Sequence record: SRR2962707_2492
Length of the DNA stretch: 41,608 nt
Strand: one strand, 5' to 3'
Shown here: positions 1-9,353 of the stretch, in pieces
How the letters are laid out: each line of letters opens with the position of its first letter
How positions within the stretch are numbered: the first letter of the stretch is position 1
The notes under the pieces: model-generated
Database searches by the model: none
Seen by the model: the letters and a program-made list of their open reading frames with translations, nothing else
What the model was told of the DNA's origin: nothing
Program-made: the position numbers and the translations under genes

Positions 1-449
1 TGCGCGGAGGGCCTGTAAGCCGGATTCTGTCTGCGACAGGTTGCCCTGCCGGAGATGACCATTCCTCTAGGCCACGCATTGCTACGTGGCTCAAGCTGCC
101 AACCCGGACCCCTGGGCTAAAGCGGCCCTGCAGTGATATCCCCGAAAGGATCAATCCCGCGCGGGGTCCCTATTCGGCATTGCTCCCGGTGGGGCTTGCC
201 ATGCGGGTCCTGTTGCCAGTCCCCCGGTGGGCTCTTACCCCACCGTTTCACCCTCACCCGCCGCAAACTCCATCGGCGCACCTCTGGCAGAACCAATGGC
301 GCACCTCTGGTGCGACGGGCAGTCTGTTCTCTGTGGCGCTATCCGTCAGGTTGCCCTGCCCGGGCGTTACCCGGCACCGTTGCTTTAGGGAGTCCGGACT
401 TTCCTCGAAGGAACCAAGGCCCCCTCGCGGCCATCCAGCCCTCCGCGCA
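1..449 (-). ncRNA. rnpB: RNase P RNA, bacterial type A
   Basis: The minus strand carries the universal motifs GAGGAAAGTCCGG (plus ~394-406), GGGTGAAACGGTGGGGTAAGAGCCCACC and ACAGAATCCGGCTTACAGG (plus 11-30). Positions 1-12 and 438-449 form a perfect 12-bp inverted repeat (P1 helix). Mature ends may lie a few nt inside. Confidence 0.97.
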
Positions 450-455
450 GGACAG

Positions 456-484
456 GCCTTAGGCCCCGAGGTATCCGCGGTCAA
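456..484 (-). promoter_or_regulatory. Sigma70-type promoter of rnpB
   Basis: Minus strand TTGACC-N17-TAAGGC followed by 6 nt to the first base of the P1 helix (449). A -10 box lacking the final T is common in Rhodobacterales promoters. Confidence 0.65.
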
Positions 485-559
485 TCCCCAAGCACCGCGC
501 AGAGCCGAACAGCGAAAAGATCGCGCCGGATGGATCATGCCAGGACAGGGCGTCAGGGC

Positions 560-735
560 GTCGGCGAACAGGCCACACCCGAGAAACCCGGCGCGCTCGC
601 AACGCAAACTTCACAAGCAGCACCGCCAGCAGCCATGAGGCAATCACTTCGACCCGCGTGACGGGCGCAATCATCACGGCGGTGTCGCTAGACAGGAATG
701 AGAACAGACGCACATTGCCCTCGGCCACACGCATG
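560..735 (-). pseudogene. Possible eroded fragment of a membrane transporter (DMT/EamA-like C-terminus)
   Basis: Hydrophobic stretch LFSFLSSDTAVMIAPVTRVEVIASWLLAVLLVK continues in another frame as ERAGFLGCGLFA, loosely resembling the end of EamA domains. No credible start codon. Boundaries approximate. Confidence 0.25.
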
Positions 736-762
736 TCGCGCCTTAGGGTCCTGGCAGACGCG

Positions 763-1725
763 TCAGCCCTGGTGCCGCAGGATCTGCGTCCAGATCGCAA
801 CTTCATCCAGCAGGCTCCACTCCCGCCGCAACCCCCAGGGGCCGAATTCAGCGTGGCTCATACCCATCACATGCACCCAGGCACCAGTGGGCCGCCCAAA
901 GCTGCCCCAACCGTCGTGCGCCCCGCTAAGTGACCAGCGTAGCGCGGCGCGGGGCGGCATCAGCGGATTTTCCTGCCCAATCTGGTGGTGCACCTCAAAC
1001 GTGGCCGAAGGAAAGGACGCCCGCAGTCCCAGCCAGAAACTTTCGGCGGCTGCCCAGCCGTGGCCGGTTACGCCGCCGGAATAGTTCAGATGGCAGGCCC
1101 GGTCATACTGATCTGCGATGACCGAAAGATCGCCTGCCATCGCGCGCCCAAGCAGATCGCTGAACGCCGCACCCCACTGGTTCTTGTTGCCGTGCCCGGT
1201 ATAGGGGCCAATCACGTCCACCTCGGGGCGGAACGGCTGGGTTTCAGGGTCAAGATCGGGCAGCAACGCCTGCGCCCAGTCCCGAGGTGTGGTGCCAAGC
1301 TGGCGGGTGATCGCCGCCGTGTCGGTGACCTGCCAGACATCGCTGACCTGATTGGATTTGGCATAGATATCGGAAATCTCGCGGTAGCGCACGGTTTGGC
1401 CCGCAGGCGCGTCGTACCGCCCTGAGCCGCTATAGCGCGCCATGGCCAGCCCACGGTGCGACCCCAGCATGCCGACCCTGTCCGTACCGCACCAGATCAC
1501 ATCTTCGCCCAGCAGGCGGCGGTCGGGAAAGGCAAACTGATGCGACATAGCCGCCGCCGATGCGACCGCAGTGCCAAAACTAATGCCCGCCGGACTGCGC
1601 TGGATAATGTCGGAATGGCAATATTCCCCCAACCGGGCCCCCAAACCGCGGCCTTCCCAGATCTCCTCTGAGATACCGAGGATGTAGTCCGGGAAGTCTT
1701 TGAATTTTTTATCGAAACCCTGCAC
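763..1725 (-). CDS. Ester cyclase / tandem SnoaL-like (NTF2-fold) protein
   Basis: Likely GTG start (VQGFDKKFKDFPDYILGI) after AAAGGGTGG. Two SnoaL-like halves, with FPDRRLLGEDVIW and LRASFPSATFEVHH...RWSLSGAHDGWGSFGRPTG...EWSLLDE. Confidence 0.8.
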   Translation of the reverse strand: MQGFDKKFKDFPDYILGISEEIWEGRGLGARLGEYCHSDIIQRSPAGISFGTAVASAAAMSHQFAFPDRRLLGEDVIWCGTDRVGMLGSHRGLAMARYSGSGRYDAPAGQTVRYREISDIYAKSNQVSDVWQVTDTAAITRQLGTTPRDWAQALLPDLDPETQPFRPEVDVIGPYTGHGNKNQWGAAFSDLLGRAMAGDLSVIADQYDRACHLNYSGGVTGHGWAAAESFWLGLRASFPSATFEVHHQIGQENPLMPPRAALRWSLSGAHDGWGSFGRPTGAWVHVMGMSHAEFGPWGLRREWSLLDEVAIWTQILRHQG

Positions 1726-1849
1726 GATCCACCCTTTGAGCCAAACCAGTAAGACCCGGAGCATGCCACAGACCCCGGCCCGCTCATCCGCGCCCATTAA
1801 GGTTGATTAAGGGTTAAGAATGGGGCGAAAGCGGTCTGGGCAGCGGCAC

Positions 1850-2476
1850 TCAGACCTGGGCGCGACCGCGAAAGGTCGGAAAATCGGCGTATCTTCCCCG
1901 GCGCTGTTCCAGTGTTTCGGACGGTGCGGCACCCACGCGCAGCAGCGTACCCCTGGGCAGTACATAGGAATCGATGCGGCCCAGCGCCACGGGCCGCCAA
2001 CTGAGGTTGAAGGCGCAGAGTTTCGGGAAAAACCAGATCTCGGAATAATCGAGATGATCATGCAGCCACCAAGCGAGATCGCGCCAGTCCCGCCCCTGCG
2101 CATAGCGGTCGGCGAACCACGGGATCACAATGCTTGCGCCTGCAACGGGCACCTCTGGCAGATCCCAGATATGGCATTCCAGCGGATAATCGTTGCGCGC
2201 GCAGTTCAATCCGTTTTCGTTGCCAAACCGGTTGAGTGCCGCAGACCGATAGCCTGATCGCACAAATATCCGCCCGAATGTTTCCTCAAGCGGGTCCAAC
2301 AGCGTCTCGCAAAATGCGCGACCGCGTTCTATGGCCAAATCCGGGTCGTCGGGAATGTTCTGCAGACCGTGAAAATTGCCAATCTCGGAACAAAGAAATT
2401 CGCGCATCCAGAAGTAACGCGATAGGCGGACACGGCCCAGGGTCTCGAGGCTCCACATGGAACGCGGGCGTTTCAT
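1850..2476 (-). CDS. Conserved hypothetical protein, peptidase M15A-like fold
   Basis: RLSRYFWMREFLCSE, NIPD, LLDPLEETFG and SGYRSAALN resemble the Peptidase_M15_3 N-terminal motifs. Start taken at MKRPRSMWSLE. Confidence 0.7.
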   Translation of the reverse strand: MKRPRSMWSLETLGRVRLSRYFWMREFLCSEIGNFHGLQNIPDDPDLAIERGRAFCETLLDPLEETFGRIFVRSGYRSAALNRFGNENGLNCARNDYPLECHIWDLPEVPVAGASIVIPWFADRYAQGRDWRDLAWWLHDHLDYSEIWFFPKLCAFNLSWRPVALGRIDSYVLPRGTLLRVGAAPSETLEQRRGRYADFPTFRGRAQV

Positions 2477-2610
2477 GTGTGCAGGGTTGCTCTGATGCGG
2501 TGGCCGGTGCGGCCTGGGTGCGCTGCCCCTGTTCGCCATAGGCGAACGCCCCCGAAATATTTCCGGACAGATGAAATCAGGGGGTCAGAGACGCACAAGG
2601 TCATCGTCGT

Positions 2611-3036
2611 TCAGTAGCCCGCCCAGCGAAACCGGCCGTCCTGGGCCAGCGGCGCCTCAGGGTTCCAGGCGATTTCCCAAATGTGCCCCTCGGGATCAGC
2701 GAAATATCCGATATGCCCACCCCAGAACACGTCATGCGCGGGTTTCAGGATCTCGGCCCCCGCCGCCGCTGCGCGGTCAAGCAGGGCCGGCACTTCTTCG
2801 CGGGTGCGCAGGTTGTGGCCGTAGGTCGCGGCCCCCGTGCCCAGCCGTTCGGGCGCAACACCCATGTCGCGCGCCAGATCCGCAAGCGGATAAAGCCCCA
2901 GCGCCTGACCGATCAGATCATAAACCACGATGCCCTCGGGCGCGCTGGCGCGCTGCCAGCCGAGCGCGTCGTAAAATGCCGCCTCGCGCGCGATATCGCG
3001 CACCCCAAGAGTTATCAGGCTGATACGTTGTTCCAT
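2611..3036 (-). CDS. VOC/glyoxalase family protein
   Basis: MEQRISLITLGVRD...FYDALGW and FWGGHIGYFADPEGHIWEIAWNP are typical VOC motifs. Confidence 0.93.
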   Translation of the reverse strand: MEQRISLITLGVRDIAREAAFYDALGWQRASAPEGIVVYDLIGQALGLYPLADLARDMGVAPERLGTGAATYGHNLRTREEVPALLDRAAAAGAEILKPAHDVFWGGHIGYFADPEGHIWEIAWNPEAPLAQDGRFRWAGY

Positions 3037-3097
3037 TTTTCGACGCTCCGCTAATGAATGATCGCGCACCGGTACCGACGCACGTATGCCCAAGCAT

Positions 3098-3841
3098 TCA
3101 GTTGCCAGACACCTCTGTCACAGCCTGTTCTATCATGCGCAGGCAGGCGGGGTCGGAAAACCGGTGATCGACCCCCTTGACCAAGGTCAGGCGCAGATTA
3201 TCCGACCCGATGTGGTCCAGCAGGCGCAGGGCGGTGTCGCGCGTCACTGCGGTATCTTCGGTCCCCTGCATCAACCGCACCGGAAACGGCATATCCAGCG
3301 GATCACGCAGGACCAGATGTTCGCGGCCATCTTCGATCAGCCTGCGCGTGATGACATAGGGATCGCCGTAATCCGACGGCAGCGAAACTGCGCCATCGCT
3401 TAGGATAGTGGCGCGCTGATCGGGGGTGAACCCGGCCCAAAACCCGTCTTCTGTAAAATCTGGCGCGGCAGCGATGCCGACAAAACCCACGACCCGCGTC
3501 AAGCGCCGCACCAGCAGGCAGCCGATCCAGCCGCCCATTGAAGAGCCGACCAGAATCAGTGGCCCCTGTGTCACCGCATCGATCACCGCCAGCGCGTCAT
3601 CGGCCCAGTCCCCGATACAGCCGTCCTCAAACACGCCGCCCGACCTGCCATGGCCGGAATAATCCAGCCGCAGAAAGGCGCGGCCCTGCTCTTTGGCCCA
3701 GGCTTCCAGGTGCACGGCTTTGGTGCCCTCCATGTCGGATTTGTAGCCCGACAGAAACACCACGCCAGGCCCCGCGCCGTGGGTCAGGGCATAGGCCAGC
3801 CGTCGGCCCTCAGCGCTAATCAGATATTCGATGTCAGCCAT
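3098..3841 (-). CDS. Alpha/beta hydrolase
   Basis: GSSMGG nucleophile elbow, DYSGHGRS, QGTEDTAV and DHRFS. RBS GAGG precedes MADIEYL. Confidence 0.92.
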   Translation of the reverse strand: MADIEYLISAEGRRLAYALTHGAGPGVVFLSGYKSDMEGTKAVHLEAWAKEQGRAFLRLDYSGHGRSGGVFEDGCIGDWADDALAVIDAVTQGPLILVGSSMGGWIGCLLVRRLTRVVGFVGIAAAPDFTEDGFWAGFTPDQRATILSDGAVSLPSDYGDPYVITRRLIEDGREHLVLRDPLDMPFPVRLMQGTEDTAVTRDTALRLLDHIGSDNLRLTLVKGVDHRFSDPACLRMIEQAVTEVSGN

Positions 3842-3904
3842 GGCACCTCTCTTTCGCGCGCAGCATGCCAATGTGCCGCCGCCATGACCAGTGCCAAGGG
3901 GGCA

Positions 3905-4124
3905 TTATGTCAGCCCGACCTCTTGCTCGGCCTCCTCAACCCCAAGGGCCAGCGGGACCGATCAGCAGCAGCCCGCCAGTCAGCGTATTGGCCAGCACCG
4001 CATAGGACAACCACGCGTCATCGGGCGCCTTATTGACAACGTAGACGCCGCGCCCGCTGTGCACCCCCTGATAGGCAATCATCAAAGCAAAGAGAATGAC
4101 GAGAGTAATTCAGACCCGTCCCAT
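3905..4124 (-). pseudogene. Possible disrupted small membrane protein
   Basis: ATG GGA CGG GTC TGA then ITLVILFALMIAYQG...AWLSYAVLANTLTGGLLLIGP. Removing one base in GGTCCCGCTG continues the frame as LALGVEEAEQEVGLT*. This needs one in-frame stop and one frameshift. Confidence 0.3.
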
Positions 4125-4232
4125 CAGGCCAATGCCTTTGCTTGACACGCCGACCCCGCTTTGCCACTTAGGGCACGCATCATAACCCGCAACCGGGCGT
4201 CCCGTAGGCGCCAAACCGACGAGGAGCCTCAG

Positions 4233-6188
4233 ATGGCCCAGATCTCCCTCACCTTTCCCGACGGCAATGCACGCGAATTCGACGTGGGCGTGACCCCTGC
4301 CGCCGTGGCCGAAAGTATTTCCAAATCATTGGGTAAAAAGGCCATCTCGGCCACTGTGAACGGCGCACACTGGGATTTGCAGTGGCCCATTAACGCCGAT
4401 TCCTCGATCGCGATCAACACTCTGACCGATGCCGCGCCCGCGCTGGAACTGATCCGCCACGATCTGGCCCATATCATGGCCCGCGCCGTGCAAGAACTGT
4501 GGCCCGACGTAAAGGTGACCATCGGCCCGGTGATCGAAAACGGTTGGTATTATGACTTTGATCGCGCCGAACCCTTCACCCCCGAGGACCTTGGCCAGAT
4601 CGAAAAGAAGATGCGTGATATCATCAACAAACGCGATCCCGTCCGCACCGAGGTCTGGGACCGCGATGTTGCGATCAAATACTACGAAGACCGGGGCGAG
4701 CCTTACAAGGTCGAACTGATCGACGCCATTCCGGGCGACGAACCCCTGCGCATGTACTGGCACGGCGACTGGCAGGATCTGTGCCGCGGTCCGCATCTGC
4801 AACACACCGGTCAGGTTCCGGGCGACAGCTTCAAACTTATGTCCGTGGCCGGTGCCTACTGGCGCGGCGATTCCAATCGCCAGATGCTTCAGCGGATCTA
4901 CGGCGTTGCCTTTCAGAACAAGGAAAACCTCAAGGCACACCTGCATATGCTGGAAGAGGCTGCCAAACGCGACCACCGCAAGCTGGGTCGCGAGATGGAC
5001 CTGTTCCATATGCAGGAAGAGGCCCCCGGCCAGATTTTTTGGCACCCCAACGGCTGGAAAATCTACACCAGCCTTCAGGACTACATGCGCCGCCAGCAGA
5101 CCCGCGATGGTTATGTCGAGGTGAACACACCGCAGGTGGTGAACCGCAAGCTGTGGGAAGCGTCGGGCCATTGGGAAAATTACCAGGAGCACATGTTCAT
5201 CGTCGAGGTTGACGAGGAACATGCCCGCGAAAAGACTGTCAATGCGCTCAAGCCAATGAACTGCCCCTGCCATGTGCAGATCTACAACCACGGCTTGAAA
5301 AGCTACCGTGACCTGCCGCTGCGGATGGCCGAATTCGGATCGTGCAACCGATACGAACCATCCGGCGCCCTGCACGGCATCATGCGGGTGCGCGGCTTTA
5401 CCCAGGACGATGCACATATTTTCTGCACCATGGATCAAGTCGAGGCGGAGTCGAAGAAATTCATCGACTTCCTTGCCGGAATCTATGGCGATCTTGGGTT
5501 TGTAAACTGGCGGGTCAAACTGTCCACTCGTCCGGAAAAACGGGTCGGTTCCGAGGAAAGCTGGGACCGCATGGAAGCGGCGTTGGGCAATGCCTGCCGC
5601 GCCGCCGGCCGCGAATTCGAGATCTTCGAAGGCGAAGGCGCGTTCTATGCGCCCAAGCTGGAATTCGTGCTGACCGACGCTATCGGCCGCGACTGGCAAT
5701 GCGGGACTCTGCAACTGGACCCCAACCTGCCAGAACGGCTGGATGCGAGTTACATAGGCGCGGATGGATCAAAGCACCGCCCAATCATGCTGCACCGCGC
5801 CGTGTTGGGATCGTTCGAACGCTTCATCGGTATCCTGATCGAAGAACATGCCGGCAGGCTGCCGTTCTGGCTTGCCCCGCGTCAGGTGGTCGTCGCCTCT
5901 ATCGTGTCGGACGCTGATGACTATGTGAACGAAGTCGTGGCCACCCTGCAAAAGGTCGGCGTGCGGGCCGAGGCGGACACGCGGAATGAAAAGATCAACT
6001 ACAAGGTGCGCGAACATTCGGTCGGCAAGGTCCCCGTGATTTTGGCGATCGGCGCACGCGAGGTTGAGGAACGCACCGTCACCCTGCGCCGTCTGGGGGA
6101 AAAGGCGACTTCCGTCGTCGGGCTGGATGACACCGTGGCAGCACTGGCGGCAGAAGCAACGCCGCCGGATCTGCGCACCGACGACTGA
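4233..6188 (+). CDS. thrS: Threonine--tRNA ligase
   Basis: TGS N-terminus, [42 protein letters not shown] and [20 protein letters not shown] before the ATG at 4233. Confidence 0.99.
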   Translation: MAQISLTFPDGNAREFDVGVTPAAVAESISKSLGKKAISATVNGAHWDLQWPINADSSIAINTLTDAAPALELIRHDLAHIMARAVQELWPDVKVTIGPVIENGWYYDFDRAEPFTPEDLGQIEKKMRDIINKRDPVRTEVWDRDVAIKYYEDRGEPYKVELIDAIPGDEPLRMYWHGDWQDLCRGPHLQHTGQVPGDSFKLMSVAGAYWRGDSNRQMLQRIYGVAFQNKENLKAHLHMLEEAAKRDHRKLGREMDLFHMQEEAPGQIFWHPNGWKIYTSLQDYMRRQQTRDGYVEVNTPQVVNRKLWEASGHWENYQEHMFIVEVDEEHAREKTVNALKPMNCPCHVQIYNHGLKSYRDLPLRMAEFGSCNRYEPSGALHGIMRVRGFTQDDAHIFCTMDQVEAESKKFIDFLAGIYGDLGFVNWRVKLSTRPEKRVGSEESWDRMEAALGNACRAAGREFEIFEGEGAFYAPKLEFVLTDAIGRDWQCGTLQLDPNLPERLDASYIGADGSKHRPIMLHRAVLGSFERFIGILIEEHAGRLPFWLAPRQVVVASIVSDADDYVNEVVATLQKVGVRAEADTRNEKINYKVREHSVGKVPVILAIGAREVEERTVTLRRLGEKATSVVGLDDTVAALAAEATPPDLRTDD

Positions 6189-6520
6189 TGTCGACAGGCG
6201 TTTCTTGATCAACAAAAAAGCATTGTCCTGAGCTACACCCTTAGGGCAAGCACCTGCCCCTGTGGTGGCACCTACCCCGCCCCTTCGTGTCACTTCGTGG
6301 CATCCACACCATCCGTAACTCTGAGACAACCGCTGATCTCACTTCAGCGCGCCGCGCACATCACGCACAGGCGCTGCCAGGCGCGATTGTGTCCGGGCTC
6401 GTCCGATGCATGCACGAATTTCAAATTGCAAAACGGTCCCAACCCGCACCACCAAATGTTACAGACATCACGCAGCGCCGCGCGCATAGCCGCCATGCCG
6501 TGGGATCAAGGCGAAGTCCT

Positions 6521-6544
6521 GTAACATTCCAGCAAGGGAACCGT
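6521..6544 (+). promoter_or_regulatory. Candidate ECF (SigF/EcfF-type) promoter upstream of the bufferin cluster
   Basis: GTAACA-N14-CCGT resembles the GTAAC...CG(T/A) promoters of the SigF/EcfF group, which regulates DUF692 clusters in other alphaproteobacteria. It lies ~205 nt upstream of the precursor ATG. Confidence 0.4.
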
Positions 6545-6748
6545 TTCAAAAAGGCACGGCACCAGCTTTCAAAACCCTCATTTATCCAGGTAAACCATTC
6601 ACTTGCGTATCTTACCTGTCTCACGCACCATGACACCGCCGTGATGCACAGCCCTGTGAGTATCTTTAACGGGCATCAGAATGCACCCTAACCACATCGA
6701 CGGGCCAACACTCGGCGATAAAGGTCAACACTTAAGAGGGAAGTACAG

Positions 6749-7054
6749 ATGTCAAACACCATGAAGTCCGCAGCCATCATCGGGGCCATCGCGGCATCCT
6801 TTGCAACCTATAGCACCACCGCCAGCGCACAGGCGCAGGAAAAGTGCTTTGGCGTCTCTCTGGCCGGTGCAAACGACTGCGCCGCCGGCCCCGGTACCAC
6901 TTGCGCGGGCACATCCAAGGTCGACTATCAGGGCAACGCCTGGTCCCTGGTCGAAGGCGGGACCTGCGCAGAAATCGCACTGCCCGCCATGGCAGACGGA
7001 TCGGCGCGCATGGGTTCACTCGAAGCGCTGGACCGCGATTTGCCGATGACCTAA
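6749..7054 (+). CDS. bufA1: Bufferin-type RiPP precursor (DUF2282, BufA1 family)
   Basis: Sec signal peptide ending in ASA-Q, then [14 protein letters not shown]-x7-CAG...DYQGNAW...GTC with four conserved Cys. First gene before DUF692. Confidence 0.92.
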   Translation: MSNTMKSAAIIGAIAASFATYSTTASAQAQEKCFGVSLAGANDCAAGPGTTCAGTSKVDYQGNAWSLVEGGTCAEIALPAMADGSARMGSLEALDRDLPMT

Positions 7055-7066
7055 GCCCCGGACATC

Positions 7067-7091
7067 AGGGTGCGCAACGCTTGCGCACCCT
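7067..7091 (+). other. Stem-loop after the precursor gene
   Basis: AGGGTGCGCAA-cgc-TTGCGCACCCT, a perfect 11-bp stem with no U tract. Confidence 0.7.
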
Positions 7092-7147
7092 ACACCCACA
7101 CCCCTGATACGCAGTCACCGACACCGCCCAAAGCCAAGGGATACACC

Positions 7148-8002
7148 ATGTTCGACAATCCAAATCCCCTGCCCGCAGCCCCCGGCGTCGGTTACAAGGC
7201 ACAGCATTTCACCGCGATCATGACAGACCCGGATCCGGTTCAATGGCTCGAAATCCATGCCGAAAACTACATGGGCAACGGCGGTCGCCCGATTGCACAG
7301 CTCCGGCATCTGGCCGAACGCTTTCCAATCTCGGTCCACGGCGTCGGACTGTCTATCGGGGGCGAAGGGCCACTTGACTCCGACCATCTTGCCCGGCTGA
7401 AACACCTCTGCGATTGGCTCAATCCAGCGAGCTTTTCTGAACACCTGGCATGGTCGACCCACGACAGCCATTTTTACAATGACCTCCTGCCGCTGCCCTA
7501 TTCCGACGCCACCCTGTCGCACGTCTGCGATCATATCGACACGGTGCAAGAGGTTCTGGGCCGCCCCATGCTGCTGGAAAATCCGTCCAGCTACCTCGCC
7601 TTTGAAACCTCGACCATGACGGAAACCGACTTTCTGCACGCCGTCACCCGGCGCACCGGTTGCGGCATGTTGCTGGATGTGAACAACGTCTTTGTGTCCG
7701 CCACCAACCTTGGCTATGCGCCGCGCGCCTATATCGATGCCTATCCGCTGGACGCAGTGGGCGAGATCCACCTTGGCGGCCATGACGAAGATCACGATGA
7801 TCATGGCGCGCCCCTGCTGATCGACAGCCACGGACGCGAAGTTGTCGACCCGGTCTGGGACTTGCTGGATTACACGCTTGCCCGGTCTGGCCCGCGCCCG
7901 ACCCTGGTGGAATGGGACACCGATGTGCCCGACTGGCCGGTTCTCGCGGCCGAGACGCGCCGCGCCGACATGGCCCTGTCCCGCCTTGGCGTGACCGCAT
8001 GA
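7148..8002 (+). CDS. bufB: Multinuclear non-heme iron oxidase (DUF692/MNIO), bufferin maturase
   Basis: WLEIHAENYM, HGVGLSIG, SEHLAW, LENPSSY, LLDVNNVFVS, EIHLGGH, IDSH and EWD, the DUF692 iron-ligand motifs. Confidence 0.95.
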   Translation: MFDNPNPLPAAPGVGYKAQHFTAIMTDPDPVQWLEIHAENYMGNGGRPIAQLRHLAERFPISVHGVGLSIGGEGPLDSDHLARLKHLCDWLNPASFSEHLAWSTHDSHFYNDLLPLPYSDATLSHVCDHIDTVQEVLGRPMLLENPSSYLAFETSTMTETDFLHAVTRRTGCGMLLDVNNVFVSATNLGYAPRAYIDAYPLDAVGEIHLGGHDEDHDDHGAPLLIDSHGREVVDPVWDLLDYTLARSGPRPTLVEWDTDVPDWPVLAAETRRADMALSRLGVTA

Positions 8003-8736
8003 CCCATCAGACCGCCTTTCACGCCGCCCTTCTGGATGCCGCCGCCCCCATTCCTGCCGGGCTGACCGATGGTATGGGCCGACCCGCAGGGCAGCGCTAT
8101 GCCGTTTATCGCAACAACGTCGCCGTATCGCTGCGCGACGCGTTGGAAACCGGATTTCCGGCCATCGCCAAACTGATCGGGACCGAAAATTTCCACGCCG
8201 TCGCGGGGATGTACCTGCGAAGCGCGCCGCCCGACACGCCGATCATGCAGCAGTATGGCGCTGGCTTCGCCGAGTTTCTGGAAACCCTCGCGCCGTTGGC
8301 CCATCTTTCCTATCTGGCCGATGTGGCCCGGATCGATCACAGGATGCGCCAATCCTATCACGCCGCCGATTCCACCCCCGCCGATGCCGGTCTTTTCCAG
8401 ACCCTGCCCGAAGACAAACTGATGTCCGCGCGCCTGTCCCTTGCGCCCTCTGTCCGGTTGCTACGATCTGCTTTTCCCGCCTTTGACGTCTGGGCCTTCA
8501 CCCTGCGCCCCGGCGCGCCAAAGCCCCGTCCACTGGCCCAGGACACTCTGATCCTGCGCGACGGATTCGATCCAGAACCGCACCTGCTCGGCCCCGGTGC
8601 CCATGACTTTGTACAGGCCATCGGCGCGGGCCAGCCACTGGGCGCCGCAATACAGGCGGCGGGCGACGTTTTCGATCTTGGCGCGATCCTGAACCTGCTG
8701 TTGTCCAACCACGCCATCACAGAGATCCATATTTGA
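7999..8736 (+). CDS. bufC: DUF2063 partner protein (RRE-like) of the MNIO
   Basis: RYAVYRNNV...L...FP...LIG.ENF, YG.GFAEFL and YLADVARID. ATGA overlap with the bufB stop. Confidence 0.9.
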   Translation: MTHQTAFHAALLDAAAPIPAGLTDGMGRPAGQRYAVYRNNVAVSLRDALETGFPAIAKLIGTENFHAVAGMYLRSAPPDTPIMQQYGAGFAEFLETLAPLAHLSYLADVARIDHRMRQSYHAADSTPADAGLFQTLPEDKLMSARLSLAPSVRLLRSAFPAFDVWAFTLRPGAPKPRPLAQDTLILRDGFDPEPHLLGPGAHDFVQAIGAGQPLGAAIQAAGDVFDLGAILNLLLSNHAITEIHI

Positions 8737-8749
8737 AAGGCACAATGCC

Positions 8750-9322
8750 ATGGACCGCCTCATAACGCTTCACACTGACCTGTCGGACAGTATCGAACGC
8801 CATTTTTCCGCGCTGATCCCGCTGATCGCCCGTCTGGTCTTTGCCGCGACGCTGCTGGGCTATTTCTGGTCCTCGGCCCTTACCAAACTGGGCGATGGGG
8901 TTATGGGGGTGCTACAGCCCTCGGCTGGCGCCTATGCCCAGATATTCCCCCGCGCGCTAGAAGCGGTGGGGTATGATGCCTCGCAGCTCGGCCTGTTTCA
9001 CTGGGCCGTTGTGACTTTGGGCATGTGGGCGGAATTCATCCTGCCGCTGCTGATTGTGGTCGGCCTGTTCACCCGTCTGGCAAGCCTTGGCATGATCGGC
9101 TTTATCGTTGTGCAAAGCCTGACCGACCTATACGCCCACGGCGCCATCGCGCATGAGGGAACACTTGGCGCGTGGTTTGACAGGGCACCCGACAGCCTGA
9201 TCCTGGATCAACGCACCTTCTGGATATTCGTGTTGCTGGTGCTCGTTATCCGGGGGGCCGGTGCGCTGTCGCTCGACCGCCTCCTGTCGCGTCAAATCCT
9301 GGGCCACAGGCACCCCGCCTGA
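8750..9322 (+). CDS. bufD: DoxX family membrane protein
   Basis: RLVFAATLLGYFWSSALTK, AEFILPLLIVVGLFTRLA and GAGALSLD. Fourth gene of the cluster. Confidence 0.9.
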   Translation: MDRLITLHTDLSDSIERHFSALIPLIARLVFAATLLGYFWSSALTKLGDGVMGVLQPSAGAYAQIFPRALEAVGYDASQLGLFHWAVVTLGMWAEFILPLLIVVGLFTRLASLGMIGFIVVQSLTDLYAHGAIAHEGTLGAWFDRAPDSLILDQRTFWIFVLLVLVIRGAGALSLDRLLSRQILGHRHPA

Positions 9323-9353
9323 CCGCGACGGATCGGGGCGGCCAGACCGGTCG

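Noticed and set aside
133-638. ORFs of 109-152 aa overlapping the window start
   Set aside because: They overlap rnpB, a GC-rich structured RNA, and have no protein motifs.
1797-1818. TTAA-rich tract resembling a CtrA box upstream of the ester cyclase gene
   Set aside because: The spacings between TTAA half-sites are 6 and 3 nt, not the canonical 7.
4326-5714. 462-aa antisense ORF, and similar long antisense ORFs over metF, bhcC, the aminotransferase and the ABC genes
   Set aside because: These are shadow frames expected from GC-rich codon bias opposite well-supported genes.
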